64,000 nt of DNA. It comes from Amphiscolops sp. MND2022 (Eukaryota). Location of the stretch: the NCBI GenBank assembly GCA_964187785.1, contig OZ076409.1, positions 36,644,001 to 36,708,000 of the forward strand, written 5' to 3'. Both the position numbers and the translations under genes were made by a program. Below are positions 23,478-37,531 of this stretch, piece by piece. The stretch's first letter is position 1, and each line of letters begins with the position of its first letter. Under the pieces are notes generated by a model. The model did not search any database. It saw only the letters and a program-made list of their open reading frames with translations, and had not been told where the DNA came from.

Positions 23478-26277
23478 CTGAAACATATTGTTGACCTGCT
23501 ATCGCTTTTTGCAACCAGAAGTTTATGAGGTCTGCCGATTAAAGTTTGTGTATATTTGAAAACAATGGTTCCAAAAAGTTGAAGACACTTTATCCGAAGA
23601 CAGAGTCCGCAAAGATTTCAACCTCGCCCATTTGAATTGCAATTGCACATATGAAAGACTTGAGAGCGTTGGGTTTTTGCATTGGTTATTACGAGATGCC
23701 GCGTTATAGAGCTCAAAACTTCGATGTGAAGAACGTTCTTTCCGAAAATCCCATTTTATAGCTTTCAACAAAATTTTTCTTACAGATAATTTCAATTAAA
23801 ATACTTTAGGAACAGTAGATTTTGTTGTTTGATTTTCTAAGAAACGATACTCAATTTTTTAAAAACCCAATTTGTTTTTGCTTGTCAATTGAAAATGTTC
23901 TATTTTTGATTGATTTGAATGAAGCTGCTTTTCTAGAATATGTTTCTCTTTCGGTGGATAATTGTTTAAAATTTTCTTTAGGACAACCTCAAACACCGTT
24001 TTCTCCTAGTTTTTAATTCTCCTAATATTGCTCGATAAAATGCCTATGATATGCTGATTGCTCATCAAATATCTTGTCGGAAGCGATAGAGAAATATCTC
24101 AACCAGACAAATATCCCAACAGCACAAGTAGCAAATAATTTATGTTCGGTTCGTGTCATGGAAATTTCGGAGAAAAAGCGAAACTTACAGCGGGCATGTT
24201 TTTTGTCCAGCTGTTATTGTAAAGACCATTTTTCGTAAATTCTTATATTTTTCACTGAAAATCTCAGATGTGAGGTCGTTGGCTTTGATTTTAGCACGCT
24301 GACCAACCTTTCGGCCGACACTCGGAATTTTTTTCCGAGTTTTATTTCACCAAAGAGTCCCTTCCCCTTTGCTTTTTGAATGTTTTTGGTTTAGCAAAGG
24401 CGGCTTTAGTCTTTGCAAGTCTAAAAGGTCTCTTTATGGGTTTATCGGCACTATGAGGCTTTTTCGAAAAAAAGGTTTTTTAGATTAAAAAAGTTTCTCC
24501 CAAGTTCGAGTTTTTTATGTATTCAGTTCGAGAAAAAGCGAGTATCAAGAGCGCCCCGTTCAGTATTTCTTGGCACTGTAAAATTAATTAGAATTTCCAC
24601 AATAGATTTTTATTTCCACTATTTTCGACTTAGACCGTTCCCGACTTGATCCGTTTTTCTTGCGTCATGCCAGACGGAAGAGTAACAATTTCGACCTTGA
24701 AAAACAATGTTTTGCGTTGTTTTCCAAACGTATACCCTTCAAATGCTTTTAAATTTGCAACCATGTAGAAAAAAGCAACTCAAGCCTTCCCCTCTTCCAA
24801 TTAATTTGGCACTGCCACTGTTTTGAAATTTCAAACAAGAACAGTCCCTCAGCAGATTTGAAAGATGTCACGCTTCTCGGACCCTAAAGTGTGCGCCTGC
24901 TAGGACTGTTTGCTGCTTATTTACACTTGAATATTTCTGAATATGTTTGATGCGGGATTTCGTTTCATTCCAATTGATTTGAGTGGTTGAAAGTGTGAAG
25001 CTTTTGCTCTTCATTCAAGAGGACTGAGTGGTACATGATTATTTCTGTACCATTCCCAAAAACATTCCCCTCCAGTTTTTTTCAACGTTTGTTTTTCGAT
25101 TAGAATGTAAAGAGTGGCTTTAGTTCTTATTCCAGTGGTTTGAGATCTTTTTATAGTGAAACTAGAAACAGCGTTATCCAAGGCATTACGACATTGTAAA
25201 GTTTTCCCTTTTGTTCGAAACAATTATTGTTTTTCTCCAAATTTTTTGATTCTGAACTTAGATACGGTAAAACTTGTAAAGAAGAAGCGGCCGCCGGTGA
25301 GACATATCCCGGTAACGAACTAGCAGGATACCCGGTCATACATGGGCCATGCGAGACTTTAATTTTCTGCTACCCATTCATTACATGTTGGCGGCAAAAA
25401 TTGTGTATTTTGAATTAATTGAACAGTTTTTAACGCTAGTTGCGTTTTTGACATCAACCGGATCAACTTGCGGAATTGGAATAAAAACTCGTGCAATTAT
25501 AGAGAAATGGAATTTTCAAACAATGATTTTTCATGAAGCGTAACATGAACTCGGCTCTTAGTACCCCCCTAGCGTCCATATATAACATCAAGAATGTCTG
25601 TCTTACATGTATGTTTCTTTCGTGTACTTGAGCTCATTAAAAACAAGCTGATATGCAAGTACCGGTGTCACAATTCTTGTAACGGGAGAATCAATCTAAA
25701 GACTACCCCTCTGGATCAATGCTCTGAGATCAATGAAAACCATGAATTTAGTACCCATAGACATGTTGGATGCTACTTTTTTTTTAAAAAAAAAACAATT
25801 TTTGTGCTTCATTCAGTATTTTATTTCTTAAATTCCTGAAAAATGCCTATACAAAAAACGTCTAGTGGGTGTTCGGAGAAGCTCTTACCAACTCTGGTTG
25901 AAACTGCTTCAACTTTTGACTAGTTTTGTTGGTTGCCAAGCAAACTTATCATCAGTTTATAGAACTCTCACGGAAAATTCCATGCATTAGGCAAATTATC
26001 CTTCAACAACCAATTGATTCAGTCAGACCGACCAATTGTGAAGAGAATACATTCCTCGGTCTTATTCAATAGCAGTTTGTACCCAGTAATGAACTTGCGA
26101 TAGATAAAACCTCGAAACTGTGAACCTCTAAGGGTTCAAAGGTGTCACCAACTGAATATCCATCAGCCAATGCTGTTTGTTTGCTGCTGGGATTAAAATT
26201 ACGTGTCTCTCAAAAATAGGAAAGTGTTTTCATAATTTCGAGTGACACATTCTGATGTATAAGAATAGCTAACTTAC

Positions 26278-26523
26278 ATCTCTGGCGGCCACGTACCCCA
26301 TGGTGGCAATCTCGAGCCAGTTGATGGGCAGAAGAACCGCGCAGTATCCGAACATGGAGATGCCGAACACGATGAAGAAGTCACTGAGACAGTACATGCT
26401 GTCTCCCTTCAGCAGAATCGAGAGTTGCTCCGACTCACGCGACACAACGTCCAGAAGAATGAGGATGACGCCACAAGTGAAGTAGATGTTCACCACCCCG
26501 TAGATCACCCATAGACACACAGA
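26278..26523 (-). CDS. Nested 7-TM gene, exon 2 (SVCLWVIYGVV...MYCLSDFFIVFG...YVAARD)
   Basis: GC-rich hydrophobic ORF with a GAT|GTAAGT donor. The 5' boundary has no AG; the best fit is TTTCACAC|TCT. Confidence 0.7.
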
Positions 26524-26889
26524 GTGTGAAATTGAATATTTTCACATGAAAAAGACCCAAAAACTGCAAATTTATAGTATAGAGAGTTATCAGAGGTCTT
26601 AGTTTGGATTTCTTTTATTTGAGCAGAGACGAAAACGAAACATATATATTCGTTCATGGCGAAATTAAGCGACATCAGTGATGTAATTTATCATTTTTCG
26701 TAGTCTTAAAAAACGAACTTTTAGTTTCAACACGGGATTTGTCAGAAATTCTTTTATATCACTTCTTGCCAAAAGCTACTAGATGCGCTGGTGGATGGTA
26801 CTTTTCGATTCAGCCTAGCGGTTAACGCGTATCTCTATGATTGCTGACGGGGCTGTGAATCAGCGGTATATGGGTTATGTGCGCATGGG

Positions 26890-27057
26890 AGTAGTAGAAG
26901 TACGTGGCATTATAGAAGGGGGGGGGGGGTTGAGTGAGTAACCAAATATGGTTATCAAATACTTTCGCAATCATGACGTCATTTTGGAGTCCGCGTTATG
27001 ACCATATTTGGTTACTCACTCAATCCCCCTCCTATAATGCCACGTACTTCTACTACT
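26890..27057. mobile_element. Short MITE-like inverted repeat (~60-bp arms, ~45-bp spacer)
   Basis: AGTAGTAGAAGTACGTGGCATTATAG...GAGTGAGTAACCAAATATGGT and its reverse complement. Confidence 0.6.
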
Positions 27058-27608
27058 TATGGGGTATGTGAGTAGAGGGTAGTCCAAAGGGGTTTTTCCA
27101 AAACTGCGCGTTTTGCATGCACCCTTTTTGCTTAATTTGGCATCGTGGAACTGATGAAAGGGTTCTCAGTGATCGCGTATTGTTTTTTCACCTCTATGCG
27201 ACTTTTCATCATTTTTTTTCTTTTTCACTAGAGGCTTGCTGCTTTGGTTATTTTGAAATTCCTTGTTACATAATTCCGTTTTTCGAGTCTAAAGGGTCAT
27301 ATATTTGGGCATTTTTGGCAGTGTGCAACTTTATTTGAAACGACAAATTTTGAAGAAAAGACACAATTTTGGGTTTTTTGATGTTCTCAGTCAAAAAAGT
27401 CTTTTTCACCCAGAAAGGTCCCCTTGAGAATATTACTTCCTTTTAAGACTGTTTCAAACTATTTACCATTATAAAAACCCCCAGCGTGGAGTGGATGTTC
27501 ACCACAAACTCGTAGCAATCTTTTGTAACTTTTCAAATTAACTAGGATAAAACATATTCTAGATAAAAATTATTCCAATGAGAGAGTGCTATGACCGAAC
27601 TTTTGACG

Positions 27609-28325
27609 TTTTTTAGTCGGCACTTCCATATAATAAAAGAGTCCGACTATCAGAGTCACTCGTTTTGTTAGTTTTTCTTTAGAACAGACTCGGATACGAC
27701 GAAAATTTGTGTTCAACTAAACGAGTACCTGGGAAACGCACCTGGGAAACGCTCAAGTTATTGCAAAGGGCCCCCTTTCATTTTTCACCTTTTTAGCATA
27801 AAATACAAAACTGGACGAGACTGAAGGGTCCCCTTTCATTTTTTAGACTGTTAGATTTTTTTTGAAAAAATTTAAATTTCTCCAAAAGGTTCCATTGTCA
27901 ATTTTTTTGATAATTTGCAACAGAGTATTTTTTTCCTTTTTGATTTTTTGGCACTACAAGACTGTTAAAAATTCACATTTTTCGTCTGATATTAGGTTTT
28001 GTCAATATATATCCACTATTTTTTGTCAATACTATCAGAATTTTTGACGTACCATCCGAAGTAAAGCGATATGTCCGAATTTTTGACGCTATATTCGAAC
28101 TATATTGCGTTTACCAAGGAGGAGGCTGAGGTTCAAAAACAAGCGCTCCCATTTGTTCCAGCTCGCTATATCCGAAATTCTGAAGCGTTTTTCGAGCACG
28201 AAGGCACCTTTTCGGTGTTTTGGAAGATTTTTGTTAGTTTTTCGTAACGTCCTGAGCATATTTCAAAAACTTTTTGAGCTTTTTGAGCCTTAGGTACAGC
28301 GCCGACTTGAGTCGTTCCCATCCTG
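27609..28325 (+). mobile_element. Family A Helentron-like element, diverged
   Basis: 5' TTTTTAGTCGGCAC; 3' GAGCCTTAG...GCGCCGACTTGAGTCGTTCCC. Confidence 0.65.
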
Positions 28326-28689
28326 AATTATTTGGATTTGACAGGAGTAACATAGGGGACACATTTATTATGTTTCCATTGTAACTATTCTCGGACGAAT
28401 ATACTTTTACAAAATTTTTTATAGTTTCACTTTCATCGTCGTTTGGATCATTAGAGTTGATGCAGTTGAATTATTGTGAAAAATGAAACGAGCTCATCAC
28501 TTTTCAGGCAAATCAACATTTCATTCAATATTCTTTAAGATCACTTAAGTAACTTATTAGTCTTTTTTAGATTTAACTTTTAACTTGAATTGTTAATTAT
28601 TTTAACTGATAATGGAACAAGGTATAATTATAGTTTTGCGTATACAATTTTCAGGGAATTTTGTAGTTTTGTAGTTTTCACACTCTTAC

Positions 28690-28857
28690 CCAAATACCCA
28701 ACATAATCAGATGGTAAACGTAGAAATCGATGATGAAAAACGGCGAGTTTTTGTTTATCGACAGCTGTGTATGCGCTTTGATGAAATTCGCAATTGCCAT
28801 TGGAGTCAATATTAGCAAATACACCAAGTGTATTACCTTCTGCGGGATGTCATCCAT
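28690..28857 (-). CDS. Nested 7-TM (GPCR-like) gene, exon 1 (MDDIPQKVIHLVYLLIL...HLIMLGIW)
   Basis: ATG at 28857, hydrophobic TM1 and start of TM2, TGG|GTAAGA donor (phase 0). Confidence 0.65.
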
Positions 28858-30554
28858 ATTTGCCGCGAGTAACAACATAAATGAGAAATTCGAGTGGCTT
28901 GAGAAAAATTCTCAAGAACAGTAGACGGTAGAAATAATTTCCGCTTGATCAGCGAATTAAATTCAAGCTCTAGTTGCTGTTGTCGGGGTTCCGCGAACCA
29001 TATGAATTTAAGAGGAAAAATTTTCAAAAAACATTTAAGAACTGTCGATATTTTACAGCGGTGAATTTCTGTAATTACGGCTTTAGTCGGTTGCCATCTA
29101 GAGAAACGAAATACAGCAGGAATGCGGTATCAAGAAAAAACGGCGATTTATGAATAGAGCAAGTAGAGCAAGAAAGCTAACGGCTTGCACGTTTTGATGG
29201 GTTGCTTTAGAAAGATGGTTCACAAAGATGAATTTTTGCCGCTTCAAAAATGTACGGCAATTCGAAAGAAACTGGTCTTAAGCCACCTTTTTTCAGACTA
29301 AACGCACAGATTATTGGTCAAAATCAGTCAGTTGAAAAACTGAATCATGTTTGGGAAAAACATTTTTAGCTAAGTAAGGGAAGACGCCGTTTCCATGTTT
29401 CCCTGTAGGACAATCAGCTCGAAACAAAAAAACCTCATGAAATCCGTTTAACTCGAAGATTGTATAGTCCGTCGTTCTCAAATTTGATTGGATACGAGTT
29501 GGCTGACGTAAATAGCCATTTTCTACCGATAACCAGCATGAAAAAAACGTAACAAGACAAAATGGAAACGAATTTGAAGCATTTTGTGACGTTATGAAAT
29601 GTAAATCAATTCACATTGCCGAGGTAGTACGATAAGCATATGATGTTTATTTACGCTGTGCTAAATCTCATTAAAGTGATAATGGCTACTCCGTTCCGAC
29701 AGTTGAAGCAAAATGAAACTAAACCTCAATGGATCAAACTACAAAAAATTTAGGAGACGAAGCCACTGGTAAATCTGTGCATTTTTGACTAATACCTGAG
29801 GCACATTCAAATAGGTGTATTCAAGAATGTCGTTTCCTGTTTTGTCGACTTTTATCAGCAAAAGAATTTTATACATTATTGAACAAAAAAGTCCAATAAT
29901 GCAATTATTGAAGCCTGACTCTGTTATGTTTGAACCTTTACAGCAAAACAACAAAAACCTCGGTGGTTTTTAGCACGATTTTCTCTACATGCTGCATGTA
30001 AACACAAAAAAATTGTTCGCAAGGGTTGCCTTCCCAGCGAATTTCTTCACCTTGTGTTCGTGAACTTCTTTAAGCATAATTATTGAACGACTTGGACCAT
30101 TTATCTCGTGCAAAACGGAAATGATATTTTGTGACATCACTGTTGAAACTTAAAAGGTTTCGAAGATACCGCTATTTGCTTTTTAAAGCATTTTTGACTG
30201 CTTTTTGCATTGCTGTTTGCAAAATTTTTCGAAAGATGGCGCCTGTCTCGCGCTGAAAAGATGTTTCCATTAGGATAAAGGATTTTCTGTTAACAACCAA
30301 CTCGAGTATAAATAATTTTTCTTATCAAGTTTCCAACAAAATTGAGTTTATTTCAAAAATTAAATTAAATTTAAATTTTTTTTGCCAAAGTATGGCAAAA
30401 AACCAACAAAAGAGATTTTTTAATAACAATTAAAATTGGTGGATGTAAATTTCGACAAATAATCTATCTTTTTTCCTTGTTTCTTAAGGTTATTATGCAA
30501 TACGATGAAACAGAAATATTTGACAAGGGAATTGTTACCGCTTTTGTGATAATC

Positions 30555-33000
30555 AGCTAATCCCAGTCCTCCTGTCATCATGTGATATTCGGCTTCCTGT
30601 CTGTTTTCGTTTATTGTAATTGTATCGTCTAAGGTCTCGTTTGCAACTCCAAAAGAGGTTGACGGTTGTGTAATTCATACATTTCTGAGGACTGAAAGCG
30701 ATTATCCTGTTTTCTGTCTTCATCGATTTCATTGTTTGATGCGTGTTTTCTCCTGAGATGCCTTTTTTCTGGATTTGAAGTGCTAGGTCTATTGTCCTCG
30801 GCATCCTTTTCATCATTCGCCAAATGGCTTTCTCTATTTGTTCTGATTCCTTTGAGTATCTCTTCGAATTTACTATTCAGCTGTTGTTCAATTTGTGTCA
30901 TTTTATGGTTGTTTTGCTCAGACAATCTCTGAGTTATTGCTTTTATCTCATTACTGATTTGCGAAGACTCTGTTAGTTCGCTACCCAAGTTCTTTCAAAA
31001 ATGTTAACATTTTCAGAAACTTCAACTAAAGTCGCATTACCTTGAGTGAAGCTTGTTTCTGAAGTGTTTTCGTCTCTGTCTGATGACTGAGATTCTACTC
31101 TCCTTGAACGTCTATTTCTCTTGTTCCCATGATGAAAACAGTTTTGAGTGCAAAAATTTTTGAATTACAAAGATCTTTGGGTGAAATGAAAATGAGGATA
31201 TTTTACAGAAAGGAAGTGTAAAATGTAGAAACTGCGCAATTGGAGTGACTGTCTTGTCAGAGTGTTTTGTTCTTGAATGTTTGTGGGGAAACCTGATTTT
31301 AAAGGTATCTTCCAAAGTGATTTCATTGGGTGTTATTTTTAGTAGCATGACAATCAATTTTATTCAAATCATCAACACGTCATGTTTCTAGGGTCAAATG
31401 TTAAAAATAAATCATTACATCACATCCCTAGAAGGTCTAAATATAGCACTGTAGTAGCGGCGGCTTAACGCGGAGTAATACGTAATTATGCTGTATACTA
31501 TTTTAATTCCGCGTAAACTGCTCCGTACAAACGGCAAATTTCAGTATAACACGATCACTTTCTCGCGCTGGTGTTCAATATGCTGTTTTCTAGTACAAAC
31601 ATCATGCTGTTTTAATGGAATTACCGCATATACTGTTGTACTCAAATTACTGCATATACTGTTTTTCAACAATTCCGCATATGCTGTTTTAACAATAACA
31701 CTGCATATGCTGTCATTACCGCATACGCTGCTTTATAGAAACCGCATAATACAGTGTAAGTTGTAATTACAAGTACGTGTAAAATCATCATATCATAATA
31801 CTGGCGATGACTGCTTCAGTTTTGTTGCACTCCGGACATCTCGCGCGGATAACCTTGCGACAGTCCAGCTTGCTTGAAGCAGATCAACGCCGCTCCAAGT
31901 CCATCGATGAGTGCCCCTGATTGTACGTGTTGATATCTGTTCGTCGTCATATGCTTTGTCACCTCCCTGTTTTTACTGTCAACAATTCTAGCTTCTGACC
32001 TTTGTGCTCTTTCCTGGTGTTTTTCACTTAGTTCTCAGGGTTCGCAATTCGAACAGTTCGTTAAATCTTTTAAAACTGCAATTTCATTTCTTCGAGAAGG
32101 GAGAAAATATCTGAATATGATGCAAAAATTGAGTCGCCAACACAACGTCTGTATTTCAATTATTTTTGACTATTATGTATTAGAAGAAAACAATCCTGTA
32201 TTTAATTTCGCATCAGCTTTATCACAGATTTCCTTCCGTGTTTCCTATACAAAAAGATGAACAAATTTCGTTTTTTCATCAGCCCTCAACAGGCCCACTT
32301 CCGGGTTTCCTGTCCAAAGTGATGAACAAATTTAATTTTTTCATCAGCTCTTCACATATCCATTTCCGGGTTTCATTTTCCAAGTGATGAACAAATTTTT
32401 TGAGTCCACTCCAGAAATCAAAGTGAGAATTGATCAGGTTCCTACAATTTTGATCAGATAACTTCTGTTTCCGATTGGTTTCAGCTTCCTGTATATGGAA
32501 TTTTGTTTGTGTTCTAGCTCCTCTCGATCTTTACGTTTCTATCCAGGCTCAATCTCCCATTCTTGATTCATTTTCATTCACGGCAGACTGTTTTGACGTG
32601 GTCCCCTGTTTTGCTTTGAAGTATCGTGGGTTGGTGGGCGTTTGGTATATTTCCAGGTTGAAAAATCAGTTCATTTTCAACTTTGGCCTCTGATTGGTCA
32701 CTTATTTCCCGGCTCAGAATCAAATGACCTTGAATTGAAAATTGGGCGCTGATCCAGTGTCTTTTATTGCTTCGTTTGATAAGAGTTTGATTTCCTTGAG
32801 ATCTTGCTATCAACCAAGCTATCACGTATCTGAAATTCATTACTTTGTGTTGTCCTAAAGACAATACTTCAACGATTGATTGGGTAGCCGGTAGTGCAAC
32901 TATAGCTTTTGTACGATACAACAAAATGACATTCAAATACAACATAAAGATTTTCAAATTCAACAAAAAATATATGTGATTCTACTATAAAAGAAGAAAT
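30555..33000 (-). mobile_element. Decayed LTR retrotransposon remnant (leader plus N-terminal gag-like coiled-coil fragment)
   Basis: Frameshifted, intronless ORF pieces 30553-30988 (QISNEIKAITQRLSEQNNHKMTQIEQQLNSKFEEILKGIR). PBS-like TGGCGACTCA at 32139-32130 (-) and AATAAA on - near 32765. No pol sequence visible. Confidence 0.45.
32255..32400. repeat. Short tandem repeat, ~63-bp unit, ~2.3 copies
   Basis: GATGAACAAATTT...TTTTTCATCAGC...TTCCGGGTTTC repeated. Confidence 0.7.
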
Positions 33001-34604
33001 TCAAACTCAATAACAATTATTCCATAGCAGTTTGATTCAGTCAACCGGCCTATATAGTTCATGACGTTGTTCAGGCAAGCTGAGGCATTTGGCAGAGGTG
33101 ACTGCACTGCTGCTTTCTTCAATTAAGGATATACAGGAAGTCGTTTTGTTGGTAATTTTTTTCTTCACTACCATATCCTCAATTTTTCAATGTCTAGGCG
33201 TTGTCGAGTATCAAGTAAGCATGGACAATAGGCCGGTGCTCTCCCAAACGATCTTTTTGTCCTAATGTTACATTCAAATTCGTCCATGAATACTTTCATC
33301 GCCTTTACAGAACTCTCAATTGTGTACCAGTCAGTATACTGTTTTCGGGCAGCTTTTGTTTCGGGCTTGTTTCGGTCAACGGGTGAATTTCAGGGTGAAT
33401 GCAAGACCATTTATCGCATTAGACATCGTTTTGTCACTCAATCGCGGTTTTTCAAGTGTTTATCTCCTCAACTTCAAATTGAGGTTTTTAACGGCGAGCA
33501 ACCTGTTGTTTTCTAGCAAACTCGTTACATAAGACACATTTCATTGTCGAAGTTTTAATTGTGCGATCCACCTCAAGCGAGTTACTCCTAGACAGTCATC
33601 TCCGTTTCGATAAGCATCTCGAATACGTTCTTTATCAAGTAGACTAATCTTCTGATAACGCTCTCGTGTCCAATTTAAAAAATCTCTCTTCCCTTTAAAA
33701 ACTCGATGGAACTGTATTGTAATAAATTTATGTGAAAATGGTTCGTCAAGTTTGTTGTTCAATTAATGAATTTCCTGAAACCGAACAATGCCACTTTTGT
33801 TAGAATTCCGTAAAGTTTGTGTATCGTCCTGCAAAGGTTGCAAATTCCTGCTTAAAACGTAATAAAATTACATTAATTTTACAAAATTCTTAGAAAAGTG
33901 GCTTTGTTCGGTTTTAGGAAATTTTTGAGAGGTTGGTGTAGCCTATCAATGAATGAAGATACGAAACTATTTATGGGACTTTGTATTAGATTGACTGGTG
34001 CCGGATTTTTTAAACGAATAAAAAATAGTCAAGTTCGTAACCCCTCTTAGGCTGTTTGAATTGATTAGATAGCAAAACGCCCGCTGAATACCCGGGTGTT
34101 TTCCACCTTGAATGGTTTTAGAGCTCCAGGGTAATCAAAACTTTACAAAATTTGATAAATTTGACATGTTTTAAGTTCGTTTCAGTCACATTTCTTCGAA
34201 TAAAATTCGATATCGTCATGAAAATTTTTTCCACGTAGTTAATTGTATTGCCGTTTAACTGTGAATGTTCATATTCACAAAATTATTCAAAAATGTACCA
34301 AAGCTGCAAAAAAAGTTCAACACTAGAAGTTTTTTCATATGTTTTGGATATTTTCAATTTTTTAATCAAAAAGCCTGCATCTTTCAAAAAAAGTATACCA
34401 AGGAGTTTATTTTGCCAGAGAACTATGTTGATATTCATACTCCCCAAGACATCGAAAACTTGTACCAATTTTGCACAGAGGTGTGAAAGTTTTTCGCTTT
34501 TTAGAGTTCCTTATAGGGACAGATTTGAAGAACAAAAAAGTTTTGTCGTTGAACTGTGTGAGCAAAATGCCTCCGGAAATCTCTAGAAGCTAATTGGATC
34601 GTTA

Positions 34605-35182
34605 AACAAGCCGGGAACGGCCAAAGTCGGCGCCATATCTAAGGCTCAAAAAAAACAAAAGGACTTCAAAGTGTCAAAGTATTCTCTCCTACATTACCCG
34701 AAAAACTCAAAAGTTGGACCGGATTGGCGCACCAGGGACACTTTGCGATTTTTCATCCATTCCGTCGCAAATCATCAAAAAAATGGAGGGGGAGCTTCGG
34801 TGAAAAAAACTGAAAAAAGTCTCACAATGCCGAAAAACTGAAAGAAGGGACCCTTTGGGATTTTTCAACATCCATTCTGTCGGAAAACTCCGAAAAATTG
34901 AAGGGGGGACACTTTGGGGAAAAAATTTTAGTTTGAAAAAAAGTCTCACACAGTCGAAAATACTTTAAGGGAGTAGCCTTTGGTCCCGTTGAGTTTCTTA
35001 AATGATGTGAAAATACGTTGCAAGTTTTTGTGCAATTATTTATAAATTTGCTCGCTAAAATTCATGAATCATGAAAATTGTAAAAGTAAGTGGACCATTC
35101 AGAGTGAGATTGTCAACTGAAAAAAACTACCCATTGTAATAGTCGGGCGTTTTTCCTTAATGGAAAATGCGCCGACTAAAAA
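34605..35182 (-). mobile_element. Family A Helentron-like element
   Basis: AACAAGCCGGGAACGGCCAAAGTCGGCGCC ... TAGTCGGGCG...GCGCCGACTAAAA. Confidence 0.75.
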
Positions 35183-36404
35183 CAGCTCCTTTCAAGAAGC
35201 ATATTAAAGAGCTAATTGACGTGTTGTTGAATTCTGTGGATATTAGTGCCGACAAAAACTTTCAACAGGTGTACCGGTAATGAATGAAACTTGAGAATTG
35301 TACAATTTTGCAATCCTTGGTTTTCTGGAAAAATTTTTTCCAGAACTCAAAAAGAGGCTAGTTACTATGAGGTTCAACTGCGTGGATTTCGATAGTCGTA
35401 CCCACTGAAAGTTTCGAAAATTCTACTGAAAGTACGTAAAAAAGTAAAACTTAAAAAAACATTTTGAGGCTTTCGGGTCATTTCAATACGTCAGTTTTCC
35501 CTTGAAGAAGTATAGTAAACAATAATTTGTTTGGTGCGGAAAATGGTGAGTTTCCAATTGCACAAAAACCTCCAAATTTCATGAGGTTTTTCCCAAAAAG
35601 CTTCTGAAAACCTGTGAAACAATTTATTAAATATCAAACTGCTCATTCGGACAGCTGTCAATCTTCTCGCCCAAAAAATCTTGAATAAACTGCAAAAAAC
35701 CACGAAATGATCAAAACTAAATTATGGCTGGTTAGTTTTTTTCATTAGTTCCGACTCTTTCCGCATTGAAACTTTCCAAAATTATCGTTTTCCTTAAAAA
35801 ACTGTTAAGACGCTAGCTATACATCATATACGCCCCGAAAAGTTCAGTTACGACAAAGTATTAAGACTGAAGCGCCAATGTTAATCCACAGACAAACAAG
35901 CAGGGAACGGTCCAAGTCGACGCGCCGCTCAAGGTGCCAAACGAGCTAAGTGTTGGAAATTATCACGGGGCTAAAAATACCCGAAGAGGTACCTTGAGAC
36001 TGGCAAAGAGGTTTTTCTGAACTGAAAACATCAAAAAAACACAAATTGTGAGGAAAAAAATGTTTTTAACTTTCAAACAAAGTCTTGTAGTCCCGGAATT
36101 TCAGGAGAGACTTTTTAAAATACGCAAAGGGACATTATTGTGAAAATTATATCACTTTCACTGAGCCAAAAGCACCCGAAGGAACCCATAGCCATAGGAC
36201 TCAAAAATCTTTCTTTTTCCGACTGGAGACATCAGAAAATCCGACGGAAAAAATTAACTTGTCGGAAAAGGAGCTTTAAGCTCGCAAAACGCTTTTCACA
36301 AGCCAAGAACGACTCTAAAAAGGGTATCTTTTGACCAAATCGACAATTTTTTTTCGACAAACAAGTCGCATGGTACCGGAAAAACAGTCTTTTCCACAGG
36401 TGTT

Positions 36405-37531
36405 TGTCGCGCTATGACTAACGCTCTAACAATTCGTTGTTGAGTAATACTGCTGTTTGTATTAAAATGACATGTGCAAAAAAGAAACAGGAAATGAAAC
36501 TAACGTTGAGTGAAGGCCACGAAACCAGGGGGAATAAAGTAAATGGCAGCGGCCAAAACGTGGCGGTCGCAAAGGGAAATATTAATAAGGAAGTACTATG
36601 GGAAAGGAATTGCATAAGTGAAGATTTCTCTTAATTAACTCGAAGATTTAAAAATCTAGTGAAGCCGCTATTGGCTGTTTGCAAGACATGCCGTCCAGGC
36701 AGAAGTGTTGAACTGTTTTTATACCGCGCGCACAGACTGGAGCTTCATTCTTCTCGCCGAACGACTGACCTGAACTTAAGCAGCTCTCGTCCCTCTTCCT
36801 CTCTGTTCCTCCAATTCTCTTATTTTTACTCTCCCTCTTTTCTCCGTCTTTTCTCCCTCGACTCTTTTTCCCCCTTTCTCTCTTGCTTATCTTCTCTCAT
36901 TAATTTGTTGTTGCTTATCTTAGATTTGAAAAGTCTATCTTCTTGTTTCCTCCTTCCCTTTCTTTCTTTGCTATCTTAGTCAAACTTCATTTGCTCCCAA
37001 GTTCAGCTTCCAATTCAACTCATTCCCTTTTCTCAAGCACAACTTATTCTCTTCGACCCTCCCTGGTCCTCGGTTTGGTTAGTCAGAAATAACCTAATTT
37101 TTCTCAGTGGAGATTTTTCATTCTCCCTTTTCTAACTAAATTTTAACTTAGAATATTTTCCGCCGATTGCAGTTCGCGGTTATCTTAAATTTTCTAACCT
37201 AGAATATTTTATGCAGATTTCAGTCCGTGGTTATCTTAAATTCTAACTTGGAATATTTTGCGCAGATTTCAGTCCGCGGTTGTCTTAGATTCTAATTTAG
37301 AATAATTTCCGCAGATTTCAGTCCGCAGTTATCTTAATTTTAACTTGGAATATTTTGCGCAGTTTTCAGTCCGCGGTTATCTTAGATTCTAATTTAGAAT
37401 AATTACCGCAGATTTCAGTCCGCGGTTATCTTAATTTTAACTTAAAATATTTTCCGCAGATTTCAGTCCGCGGTTCTAACTCAGAATATTTTCTATCAGA
37501 CTAACGCGGAATTTACAGGGTTGACGTTACA
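36405..37531 (+). mobile_element. Possible solo LTR containing a minisatellite
   Basis: Starts TGT and ends TTACA, with a TATA-like TTTTATA near 36717 and a long pyrimidine-rich tract. No target-site duplication seen. Confidence 0.3.
37141..37495. repeat. Minisatellite, ~40-43-bp unit, about 8-9 copies
   Basis: Tandem AACTTAGAATATTTTCCGCAGATTTCAGTCCGCGGTTATCTTAAATT-like units with no unique spacers. Confidence 0.9.

Noticed and set aside
36659..36979. Leu/Ser/Phe-rich 106-aa ORF as a membrane protein
   Set aside because: Translation of a pyrimidine-rich low-complexity tract.
37141..37495. CRISPR-like periodic repeat
   Set aside because: Units are contiguous with no unique spacers, there are no cas genes, and the context is eukaryotic; it is a minisatellite.
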